The position numbers and the translations under genes were made by a program. A stretch of 63,796 nucleotides of DNA, the filler included, from Octopus bimaculoides (Eukaryota), in the NCBI RefSeq assembly GCF_001194135.2. It is 7 parts of 6 records of this genome, joined end to end, with 100 filler letters (N's around TTAATTAATTAA, not from the genome) between each part and the next. Parts side by side here need not be neighbours in the genome. Positions count along the whole stretch, not along the records: positions 1 to 13,698 come from NC_068991.1; positions 13,799 to 33,876 come from NC_068982.1; 5 more parts are not named here. One strand, given 5' to 3'. The notes beneath the pieces are model-generated. The model was not told the DNA's origin and did not search any database. It was given only the letters and a program-made list of their open reading frames with translations. Within the stretch, counting starts at the first letter, position 1, and every line of letters begins with the position of its first letter. Below are positions 11,051 to 22,448 of the stretch, one piece after another.

Positions 11051-12989
11051 TTAAAATTCATACATTTACACAATTCCAAATTTCTTGGATTAAACAATCG
11101 CAATTAATATTCTAAATGCAATTTGTTAGGTCACTGCGTCATTTTTTCACTCCAAAAATGTCCTAATAATGAATAAAATCCATAAAACTACAGAAGTAAA
11201 CATTTTCTCCCTAATAAAATCTAATTTCCTCTTTCTAATACAAATCCTTTCAACTCCTACATTCTCTTATGAACCTTTACGAACAATCCAACAACAAATA
11301 CAAAAAGATCAAAACTGAAACAATCGCATTTCGATACTGTAATGACAGATACCAAAACTACATACAAAATTACTTTGCCCCTCTAAAATTAACTATTTCT
11401 ATTCCTCTTACACATCGTTTCAATTGCTACTTTCTCTAAAAGACAAAGAAACGAAGGAGAGTGAGAGTCAAATAAACAGACACACTACCAATCATAATCA
11501 AAATCGTACGGGTGTTAATCTGAAATTTGAACAATCTTTTTTAAAACACTTTTACTTACTAACATCTTTTTTATTTAGTGTGTGTGTTGCCCATATATAT
11601 ATATACACTTAAGACTTAGTTGTGGGTTGGCAGTTTGATCGGCAGAGGTCATTGTTATTATTATTTATTTATTATTATTATTATTTTGAATTTTTCCCAC
11701 AACGGCGGCTTCGGGNNNNNNNNNNNNNNNNNNNNNNNNNNNNNNNNNNNNNNNNNNNNNNNNNNNNNNNNNNNNNNNNNNNNNNNNNNNNNNNNNNNNN
11801 NNNNNNNNNNNNNNNNNNNNNNNNNNNNNNNNNNNNNNNNNNNNNNNNNNNNNNNNNNNNNNNNNNNNNNNNNNNNNNNNNNNNNNNNNNNNNNNNNNNN
11901 NNNNNNNNNNNNNNNNNNNNNNNNNNNNNNNNNNNNNNNNNNNNNNNNNNNNNNNNNNNNNNNNNNNNNNNNNNNNNNNNNNNNNNNNNNNNNNNNNNNN
12001 NNNNNNNNNNNNNNNNNNNNNNNNNNNNNNNNNNNNNNNNNNNNNNNNNNNNNNNNNNNNNNNNNNNNNNNNNNNNNNNNNNNNNNNNNNNNNNNNNNNN
12101 NNNNNNNNNNNNNNNNNNNNNNNNNNNNNNNNNNNNNNNNNNNNNNNNNNNNNNNNNNNNNNNNNNNNNNNNNNNNNNNNNNNNNNNNNNNNNNNNNNNN
12201 NNNNNNNNNNNNNNNNNNNNNNNNNNNNNNNNNNNNNNNNNNNNNNNNNNNNNNNNNNNNNNNNNNNNNNNNNNNNNNNNNNNNNNNNNNNNNNNNNNNN
12301 NNNNNNNNNNNNNNNNNNNNNNNNNNNNNNNNNNNNNNNNNNNNNNNNNNNNNNNNNNNNNNNNNNNNNNNNNNNNNNNNNNNNNNNNNNNNNNNNNNNN
12401 NNNNNNNNNNNNNNNNNNNNNNNNNNNNNNNNNNNNNNNNNNNNNNNNNNNNNNNNNNNNNNNNNNNNNNNNNNNNNNNNNNNNNNNNNNNNNNNNNNNN
12501 NNNNNNNNNNNNNNNNNNNNNNNNNNNNNCTGGCAGAACTGTGTAGCAACAGATCGCCAGCAATTGCTTCATCAGAAATTGCCGTCCTACCTCCTGCGAA
12601 AAGGAATTACCCTGCTATGTATAATCAAGGCAGCGCAAAAAGTTGTTTTGCACAAGCATTTGTATAGCCAATTAGACGGATGAAATTTACGTACACTTAA
12701 TAATGTTACACAAAACAGCCTTCAGACTTTCCCTATTAATTTCGTCTTTTGAATTATGAACATATTTACATTATAAGGGTTTTTTCATTGTAAGGCTTTC
12801 TTTTTTAGTTGATTTTCACCTAGCAAGACTTATGGTAGATGGCGTAATAAGTCACACCCGGACAACGTCGGGTTATACTGCTAGTATACTATATACTATA
12901 CTCTTACTAATAGTTTTAGGTGCCTATATAGTTACAAGTAGACATGAGTACCCCCTTACTTCTCCACGCTTCAGCCCGTGGAATAATGA

Positions 12990-13085
12990 GGATGCCGTAT
13001 TTAAGAACACAGCAAAGTGTCTGGCCAAGGAATCGAACCCACCACCTTCGACAGTGATCTCAAATGCCAAATCACTTAGATACAC
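12990..13085 (-). mobile_element. Degraded SINE family C-like head
   Basis: AAGAACACAGCAAAGTGTCTGGCCAAGGAATCGAACCCACCACCTT. Confidence 0.4.
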
Positions 13086-13555
13086 CCCTTCATCCACACT
13101 CAAACACACACACATACGCATACACACACTCGTGTATGTTCTATTCTACATGTGTGAGTGAACATATCTGTTTATCTCTTTCTCTCTCTCTCTCTCTCTC
13201 TCTCCCTCTCTCTCTCCCTCTCCCTCTCCCTCTCTGTATGTGTGAACACCTCGAATTAATAAGTTAAAGCTTTTGTTAATTTTAGAGAACAAACTGTTTG
13301 CTGATCATTGATTCGGGTCTTGTCAGATTAGTCAGAGAATGTGTCTGGCTGCCGAGACACAAATATATTGAAACATCGGCTGTTCCAGAGTCCCTTGGGG
13401 TTATGAATCGATTGTACTATGAACACATATTGTTCTACTGAAAGTATGAACACAAGTTTGTTCTACTGAAACACAGCAGTGATTAGCAAATTCATGATCG
13501 AATGTGCCAGAACCTATTAAGAATAAATATGCAAATCATCATAAATATGTGTGTG

Positions 13556-13556
13556 C

Positions 13557-13615
<59 letters not shown>

Positions 13616-13645
13616 AGTGAGAGAAAGTGAGACTGAGAGAGAGAG
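13556..13645 (+). repeat. (AG)n microsatellite
   Basis: Seen directly. Confidence 0.95.
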
Positions 13646-13698
13646 AATGTCTCTGTGTGCGTGGGTACATACACACTCATATAGAAAGACAAATATAT

Positions 13699-13798
13699 NN
13701 NNNNNNNNNNNNNNNNNNNNNNNNNNNNNNNNNNNNNNNNNNTTAATTAATTAANNNNNNNNNNNNNNNNNNNNNNNNNNNNNNNNNNNNNNNNNNNN
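13699..13798. other. Assembly spacer (44 N + TTAATTAATTAA + 44 N)
   Basis: Identical 100-bp construct, with the 12-mer at 13743-13754. Confidence 0.95.
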
Positions 13799-13921
13799 AC
13801 GCAAAACACTTTCAATACAGTAACCATAAGAGCACCACAGCAAACCACAGCACATACCCAAGGCGCATAGAGCTGCGCTCGGTAGTGAAGTGAAAGCACG
13901 TTATAAAAATAAAACTACTGA
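13799..13921 (+). mobile_element. 3' end of an RLE-type (R4/Dong-like) LINE running into (TAA)n
   Basis: ...CGCAAAACACTTTCAATACAGTAA reads RKTLSIQ-stop, similar to RLE C-termini. A UTR of about 95 nt follows and ends AAAACTACTGAACAATAATAATAA. Confidence 0.5.
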
Positions 13922-13933
13922 ACAATAATAATA

Positions 13934-13990
<57 letters not shown>
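13922..13990 (+). repeat. (TAA)n microsatellite between two RLE-LINE fragments
   Basis: Seen directly. Confidence 0.95.
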
Positions 13991-13991
<1 letters not shown>

Positions 13992-14150
13992 GGCTGCTCT
14001 TTGCAATAAATCAATCTGCATGTGATTTCTAGTCGCCTTAAAAAGTTTTGAAGTTTTAATGGGATTGAGCCCAGCGCTCCGACCACCACTGGTACCATTT
14101 TACATTACCCTCTCGCATTCCATACAGTTTTGCCATTATACTGTCCATTA
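13991..14150 (-). mobile_element. RLE C-terminal fragment of an R4/Dong-like LINE bounded by (TAA)n on both sides
   Basis: Reads MVPVVVGALGSIPLKLQNFLRRLEI...DLLQRAALL, the VPVVVGALG...LQKAALL motif of RLE elements. TAA/TTA runs lie at 13922-13990 and about 14148-14161. Confidence 0.75.
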
Positions 14151-14703
14151 TTATTATTATTACTTTTGTATTTACTTTTTTTATTATCATCGTAGTTCTC
14201 ACCGTTTCGATCAACGTTATATGTATGACTGAAACTGTTCAATTCTAACTCGTTTTGCAATGATGTCATCCCCAGGTTATTTTATATGACCCTTTAAACA
14301 TCGAGAGCCTTTGCTGGGATTCTTGTGCAATACAAATGACCCTTTTGTCTATGTCGACAATGCTTCTTTCAATTCCAATATCATTCAACTTCTTAAATAG
14401 CAGTTTTTCTGCGGTGCCAAGTGCCAATTAATACCTGAACAATTTTCGTCTCCCTTTTCTAAAGTCAATTCAACTCTTCACTACGTGCTTATTTTTCTAA
14501 ATTTAAAAAATTTACCTCATATGTTTTCTCCTGTAATATGGGTTTGCAATCGCATGAATATTCACTTTTTATTTATTTCTGTTGCATATGATTGCATGTG
14601 ATCACCTCCATTATATAACCCGACCAGTCTATGGAAAATACAACATAAAATCTTAGTTTTTCATCAAATATGATGATGTTCTTGAAAGCCACGTGTTTTT
14701 CTC

Positions 14704-14750
14704 TATAGTAATCCGTCACCATATCGAGGATCACCTATCGCGGTTTATTA
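14704..14750 (+). mobile_element. Left end of the same pogo/Tigger-like family
   Basis: TATAGTAATCCGTCACCATATCGAGGATCACCTATCGCGGTTT resembles the reverse complement of 27720-27761. Confidence 0.4.
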
Positions 14751-17031
14751 TTTAAGTATATGACAACACCTCTGTGCTATTTTTTGCTTTTATAATAAAA
14801 AATAATTAGATACAAATTATATATATATTTTTTTAATATTCAGTATAGGATTCATCTCTACTTCACAGATTTTCACCTATCAATTTGCTTTGCATCATCC
14901 CTACAGCGAGAAACGTATACTAAGCCGTTGGCAATGAACCGGATGATTCTCTGCCTTTTTAGGTCATATCTTGCAATGTTAAATTAGCGCAAACGTCTAA
15001 TTAGTCGTCCGATTTCCGTATAAAGCATTGGAACATTTTGCTATCACTGGAGTCTATTCTGATAGGAAAACTCGGACAGACTTTTGATTTAATAGCTCCT
15101 TTCTCCCTTCAGCATATGTGGTCGGAGCCCCGCCAAAGGGTGCTGGGCAACATATAAAATACAGTTGTCAAATATGATTCAGTTATTAAATGATCACCAC
15201 TTTTTAAATTGATGCCGTAAATAGAATATTGGGATGAATTGATAATTCCACGTTATAGCCCTTCCAATATTTTACAGCCAACACAGAATCATCATTCTTA
15301 TCAACGAAATTTAGTTAAAGCTAGGTACCTGGTATATCAGCTACACAATCTCTGTGCATTCGCTACTCATGCGAGAAAAAGCAGCTGCATCTTCAACAAA
15401 TTACGATTTTCTGTTTTATCAAGGAATATTTCGAAAATATGACAATCAATGCACTGCATTTAAAAAAAAAATCAAACGGTTTCATTGTAATGGCTGAAAT
15501 GCTTCTTGTAAGCAATGCTCTATGGCTAAAAGATAATAAGTATGAACAAGCGGAACGTCATCACAAATGATATTTCCATAATTTTTTACACATTATTATT
15601 ACAAATGACATATATTACGCTGGGAGTTCTGTAATAATTATCAATTTCCAGTATCATCGCTGACATACTTAGGATAACTATACTATTATGCATCTTAATT
15701 TCTATATTTCATTCTGTTATACATTCCTGTTTATGCATTTTGTCAATATACTTTTGGTAATTGTTCAAGCATTCCTGAACATTATTAAGAATATTATTAA
15801 GAATATTATTAAGTTACTATTCTTCGCCGTCCATTGTTACTGAAGCGTTAAAAAGTAGCACGACGTTACAGCTTATTGTCTAAATCTTCAAAAGATACAC
15901 GTCATGGTGTTTAAAGCCGGTAACAGAGAATGCCATATAAAATTTATCTGATCAAAGATATGTCCAAGTTATTTAAGAGTCATTCGATTGTTACTATTTC
16001 TAATAATTACCAGTCAACAACAGAATATTTCCTAGTTGATTTTATCCAACGAGAGTTTCTGTCTGATACAAGAATCACATCAAATGTTATGTGTATGATA
16101 TAGAAATACAAATATCAGTTATTGCTGTTAAATTTACAAATTTATTGCAATATTTACCATTTCAATGCTAAACATATTTTTTTTCAATTAGGTGAAATAT
16201 ATATCTTACATTTGTAGTATTTAAAGACGGACTAATGACTGGAGAATATCACGTGTATGTATACAATATCTACATTTTATTGCATCTTTTAACCTTTTTG
16301 TTGGATTCATGAATATTACGAATTCTTTGTTTAATAGCCTTTTCCAATTTATGTTCTCCATTTTTAAAATTAATGGAATGCATTTTATATACATAATGCA
16401 TTGCATGCCTTATAACAAACAGCCTGATATATATTACAGAAAATGTTCATGTTTTTTCGTATATATATATATGTTTTTTGATTGTGGTGATTTCAATAAT
16501 AAAGGAAAATATAAATAGTAATGGACATGAACAACTAAATAAATAACTAAATAAATAAACGTCGTAATATATGCTTAGTTATATTATTCTATTAGAGAAA
16601 CTGCTTGCTAAATTTAAAAATATTCGCAACAGCTATCACATCTCATTAAAAATTAATGTTAGATTTGAATTGATCTTTGTTGTTGCTGGAAGAGTATTAG
16701 CATGATTACAGTTGCAATAAGGCATAACGCAAAGAAATCTTTTGAATTATATTTTTATTGTTATACATATTTAAATTGTTTTATGCCTAATGTTTGTGTT
16801 ATGCCTTAAATTTAAGCAAAATTCCATTGCAACATTTATGAATACATAGAGAATTACATAACTAACTAGGCATTCAGATGTAACATTTTCCAATACATTA
16901 ATTTAATTTCAGGAATCAGAAACCACATTATATACACCGCTTCACATACCTAAAGCAAGCATAATGCGCATACAGCGCGTGTGCATATAAGTTTAAACGT
17001 ATTTGCATACATACATATACATATATATGCC

Positions 17032-17063
<32 letters not shown>

Positions 17064-19732
17064 CAGAGAAAGAGAGAGAGGAGTGAGATAGGTAGATAGA
17101 TAGATAATCAGACAAATAATCATTAATCTCACCCACCTTTCCCAATTTATCTTCCACGCTTGTAAGAGACAATAAATATTCTTTCTCAAAATAGCGATAT
17201 CAAAAGTCCATTTCATGTTGAAAGAACAAGTTAATAGGCAGTTTTAAACTAAAGTCCTTGTTTTTGATGTACATGTAGAGTGTATTAAATCAGTACAGGT
17301 GAAGACTACAGCATTCGTTAATTTCAGTACAACTGTTAGGATACAATGGCGACTTTGTTATATCTCCTCGTATTATTTCGAATGTTTAAAACAAAGCATT
17401 TTCTTGCAATGTTTGCACAGACATTATACATTTGTTACACTATTATCTCAATAATCAGACGCAACGTTCATAAGTGCTTTTCTTGATTATTACAAGGTAT
17501 ATAATGAGTAAAGTGACGGAGATTAGAGCAAGTAAAATTATATTTCATTAACTGAAATGATAACAGATGCTATAATACAGCTTCTAAAACGATGGCGAGC
17601 AGACGTTTCAATGTTTTAACATTCAGTATTAACAGTAAACATAAGTTTTCCGAGTTATCTGCATTGTACGTCGAGAACATTATATGTCGATCCGTCATTC
17701 GTAAACACTAACAATATATCCTCTGGCCAAGTAGGGAATCGATACAAGTGTCCAGAATAGATAAGTAGATGTCTACGCTTGATGCCTTGAATGAACATCA
17801 GTGATCAGACATAATTAGGAAGAGAAAGAGGTATTAAAATAGTTTTTCATTCGTATGAAAGGACCTTGAAAAATGATTACACAAGAGGGACCCACCAGTT
17901 AATCCAAAGGGCACTCGCGAACAATTACCAACAGCAATAATCGGCATAATAGTGTCGCCCATGGAATCGCTGTGGGACTCTTCCATGAACCAGCCGCTAG
18001 TACTGGAAGGAAAACAGAGGTTATGAAACTGATGAAAATAGAATGTATGCATTATGTGAGTCCTCCAGGTATTAACCGTCATTTCTCCATCAACGCCAGG
18101 GATACAGTGGGCACGACATTGAGACAGATAGAAAATGATTACATCTTTACGTATGAAGTGCATCCCTGCAAAGAATTAGGGTCTGACTATTCTCTAAGAA
18201 GGTTTAAAACTTAAACTCCCAGAATTCAGGCATCACATATTTGAAGTTTCTACATGTACGATGATTTGGGAGGAATTATGATTATACCATTAAAGTTTAT
18301 AGCAATGTCAAAGACGCCATAACTAAATAATACAATTGACTGGTGGCATTTGACAATTGGCAGCTGCTTCGCAGTTTTCACAGAATAGGGCATGAGCCAT
18401 ACCATCAATTCATGCTGTAGCAGCCATTTTTCCTTGAAATTTTACGTTGACTCTGGCGGAGGCAATAGATGAATTGTGTATCAAATTTGTTTGAATGCGG
18501 CTGTGTTATCCTTGAACTTTCTGCTCAGAGGGGGAATTTATACCTACTAAAGCAGGGGTAATCACTAAGTTGCTATTATCTGAGGACGAGAAAATCAGAC
18601 ATGTTAACAAGTCAAAAAAGGGCAGTAGAAAGCAGAAGCTGCGAAAGCTGTAAACGATGCGGATATGACTGGTGGATTCTCTTAGGAATGGTTAGGACTT
18701 GGAACTTATGCCAAAAAGGAGAGAAGTACCAATACTAGAGGCAAGAGAGACCTCATAAGGCTCATAACGCTTATAGTGTGAAAGATCTGCGACGAAATAC
18801 AGCAGGTTCATTGTGTGATGACAGAAGAGCTTGACCTCCGGGGAAGTGTATACAACCACTCAAGAATCTCGAGCGCCCTCTGTTCTAGAAAGACATTTCG
18901 AGTTTTGACCAAGTAATATTTTCAAAACTCCGGCCTGGCGTGGGAAAGGACAGAGTGAAATACTCACCGCTTGGCAGAACGTCTTTTTGCATCCCGAACC
19001 AGATCTTGAGCAGAAGCCGCATAGCACAGGGAGAGGGCTGATGCAGGTATACGTATCTGTAAAGTCTTGATGAATTCCCCAATGCAGATACCTGTAGAGT
19101 GTTGAGACCAGCAAACTGCAACCATTTCTGCCTAAGTGATTTTTAGGAAGTGACAAAGCACCTTAAGCAAAAGCAACAATGGGGATCTAGTTTTCTGTTT
19201 TGCATCAAACCTCAGACTAGTGAACCCGAATAGAAGATGTCATTGTACAGTATTTAGTTGTAAAATCGCTTTGGATTAGAGATATTCATGATCTCCAGGA
19301 GTACTGAAAGAATTATCATATTTAAACATAAATTATTCAAGGAAGACTGATTTGACAATATTCTTCAGTTAAAGAAAATGAAATATCATGACGTGGTTAA
19401 CGTGACACTTATCGAAATGGACTACCGTGGCTTTCCACCTACGATACTGCGTTTGCTTGGGGAAGATGGGTCTCTAAACGAGACAATTAAAGAAAACCAT
19501 TAAGGATTTAGTAAGAATATCCGAATATTTTTCAATGGGGCCGTGGTTCACATTACATCTCAAGTGGACAAATCCACGGGTGACATTGGGGCATGGAGGT
19601 GCTTCCAACATGGGAATGAATTCAGAAGAAGATATTGCAAAAATTCCGAGTAGCTTCCACTATATTCTCGTGAAGCAATATCCACTAGTGGAAGATATAT
19701 ATATATCTTTATTATCTATATATAGATATCTT

Positions 19733-19776
<44 letters not shown>

Positions 19777-19925
19777 AAACACGATTCGAATGTCATTCTT
19801 TGTCTGAAAGATGCTTCTCCAAGAAGTCTTAAAATCATTTCCAATAAATCATATTCAATAAATGGAGCCTTTCGTCGGTATGTAGAGATCGGACAACCAT
19901 GTTGTGTCTTTATGTTCATTTAGAG

Positions 19926-20050
19926 CAGTGTTTCGCAACCATATTTTTAACACATGGCACCATTCGATTCCTATTTCACTGGACCCACCTAGTCGTGCGA
20001 TATTTAGAAATTCTTATAATATTTTTATAATTAATTATCGTTAATAATTA
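19926..20050 (+). mobile_element. Possible hAT-type MITE end
   Basis: Begins CAGTGTTTCGCAACC, similar to CAGTGTTTCTCAACC-type hAT termini. No partner end was found. Confidence 0.3.
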
Positions 20051-21267
20051 TACAAAAATTGTTAACAATCAAATGGCGGTGCCCCAGCATGGCTACAACT
20101 TATGAGCTGAAACTAGATAAAATGAAAAGGAAAATGAATAGTTTGTATACTGTGGAGTTATAAGCAAGTTATTGCACATCAGTTTCATAACAAAGTCATA
20201 TATGGATCCCCATGACCTTGATGGAGACCGGGTAAGGGTCTACTGATTTGGAATACCACTCACAGTAGCATCCGCATAATTTTCAATGGAATTTTTAATT
20301 GTTTCGAAATCTCTATACAATATTTGTATTAATATTCCATGTATAGCCACGCCGTAATAGAAAGGAAAGTATTTTATTCACTGATAAAATTTTGTTTCTA
20401 TTCTCCATTATTTTTTCGCTTACATTTTTATGATACAACACTTAAAACAACGGTTATATTGTTCATTTCGATTCTATAACAATTGTCCAAATAATGTTTT
20501 TTCTTGTTCTTGATGAATTTCTGTTATTTTATTTCTTTTTGGTTTTCTGTTCATATTGTAGGTAATAGATAGAGAAACGTGTTGGACAAAAGTTTCATAT
20601 GTATCATTTGTTCCATCAAGAGTCCTTCTGCAAAATGAGTTGGCCTCAAGCATCTTCAGTCACATTTCTATGATATCAATACATTGTTATCATAATAATA
20701 TGATTAATTTAAAAAATGGAACGATATGCTTCCGTCCAAGATGCAATAAAGGGAAACATACTGAAGAGTGTAGATGGGGAACCTTTGAACAAACATATAC
20801 ATATTAATAGTGACTTGTATCCAAAGTAGCAAAACACGACTTATAGAGAAAATGTGCGTAAGATATGAGTGTGAATAGAGCATTTTTTAGTGAGATGAAG
20901 CTGTAAGCCGTGGAGTAAGTCATCGAAACACTAAAAAATTTTGCGGTTGCAGACAAATATGTTTTACTAACAACAATGGGTGCTAGAGTCTGTAATTAGT
21001 GGAATATTTCTTCTATGTAAGCACAGACTGCACACTTTTAAAACGCATGCAGTGATGACAGCTCGAACAACATTGTAAAGAGACCTGCACTATCAATTTC
21101 CATCCATTTCAAAATGAAATGCATCCGAATATAGCCTCATAATATTAAATGATTCTTCTATTTCCATACGATATTCACGCATGCCTATAAACCCTCTATA
21201 ACGTCTTTATGACTTTACATATATACTTACATGCCTGTAAACGAACATACACAGGTATATATGTGTA

Positions 21268-21300
<33 letters not shown>

Positions 21301-21850
21301 NNNNNNNNNNNNNNNNNNNNNNNNNNNNNNNNNNNNNNNNNNNNNNNNNNNNNNNNNNNNNNNNNNNNNNNNNNNNNNNNNNNNNNNNNNNNNNNNNNNN
21401 NNNNNNNNNNNNNNNNNNNNNNNNNNNNNNNNNNNNNNNNNNNNNNNNNNNNNNNNNNNNNNNNNNNNNNNNNNNNNNNNNNNNNNNNNNNNNNNNNNNN
21501 NNNNNNNNNNNNNNNNNNNNNNNNNNNNNNNNNNNNNNNNNNNNNNNNNNNNNNNNNNNNNNNNNNNNNNNNNNNNNNNNNNNNNNNNNNNNNNNNNNNN
21601 NNNNNNNNNNNNNNNNNNNNNNNNNNNNNNNNNNNNNNNNNNNNNNNNNNNNNNNNNNNNNNNNNNNNNNNNNNNNNNNNNNNNNNNNNNNNNNNNNNNN
21701 NNNNNNNNNNNNNNNNNNNNNNNNNNNNNNNNNNNNNNNNNNNNNNNNNNNNNNNNNNNNNNNNNNNNNNNNNNNNNNNNNNNNNNNNNNNNNNNNNNNN
21801 NNNNNNNNNNNNNNNNNNNNNNNNNNNNNNNNNNNNNNNNNNNNNNNNNN

Positions 21851-22050
21851 NATATAGCCAATTCAAACATGAACAAGGAAGACAAACACGAAAAACAACG
21901 CGAGTACGTGGGATAAGTAGTGTTATTGGACGCTCAGTAAAGGAAAGAAAAGAAAGAGGATTTAACGTTTCGATCGGAGATCTTCGTCAGAAATATAGGA
22001 AAAGTCCAAAGAAGGGAAGAGAGAGAAGAAAATCGCTAACGATGCACACG
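21851..22050 (-). mobile_element. Hammerhead-bearing short repeat (candidate PLE pseudo-LTR or non-autonomous element)
   Basis: After the hammerhead comes CCTTTACTGAGCGTCCAATAACACTA...GTTGTTTT...TTTGAATTGGCTATAT, shared with 43975-44066 and more loosely with 54870-54985. Confidence 0.55.
21960..21994 (-). ncRNA. Minimal type I hammerhead ribozyme motif
   Basis: The minus strand reads ATTT-CTGACGA-A-GATC-TCC-GATC-GAAA-CGT-T-AAAT: 4-bp stem I, intact core, 4-bp stem II, and a palindromic ACGT in place of stem III. Confidence 0.65.
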
Positions 22051-22056
22051 CTGTCA

Positions 22057-22305
22057 CGCGCCCTTTGATAGCCTACCCAGGCTCATGTGTCCGGGTTCCC
22101 AGTTTCTATGGCGTATGTGTTCTCCAGCTGGACGGGACGCCAGTCCATCACTGCGTTACTCATTTTTTGCCAGCTGAGCGAACTGGAGCAACGTGAAATG
22201 AAGTATTTTGCTCAAGACCACAACGCGTCGCCCGGTCCAGGAATCGAATCCACAAACTTACGATCATGATGCTGACACCCGAACCACAAAGTCATGCGCC
22301 TCCAC
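22057..22305 (-). mobile_element. tRNA-headed SINE family C
   Basis: The minus strand reads GTGGAGGCGCATGACTTTGTGGTTCGGGTGTCAGC...GGATTCGATTCCTGGACCGGGCGACGCGTTGTGGTCTTGAGCAAAATACTTCATTTCACGTTGCTCCAG. Confidence 0.75.
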
Positions 22306-22317
<12 letters not shown>

Positions 22318-22393
<76 letters not shown>

Positions 22394-22417
22394 ATGTGTG
22401 TGTGTGCGTGTGTGTGT

Positions 22418-22445
<28 letters not shown>
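22318..22445 (+). repeat. (TG)n microsatellite
   Basis: Seen directly. Confidence 0.95.

Positions 22446-22448
<3 letters not shown>

Noticed and set aside
17834-18163. RVPFGLT motif suggesting an LTR-retrotransposon RT
   Set aside because: No other RT motif (D...F/Y, YxDD) appears at the expected spacing in any frame I could read; probably chance.
18560-19200. Coding-like sequence with Cys pairs, possibly a gag relic
   Set aside because: Only short ORFs, with no complete CCHC knuckle or other recognisable motif.
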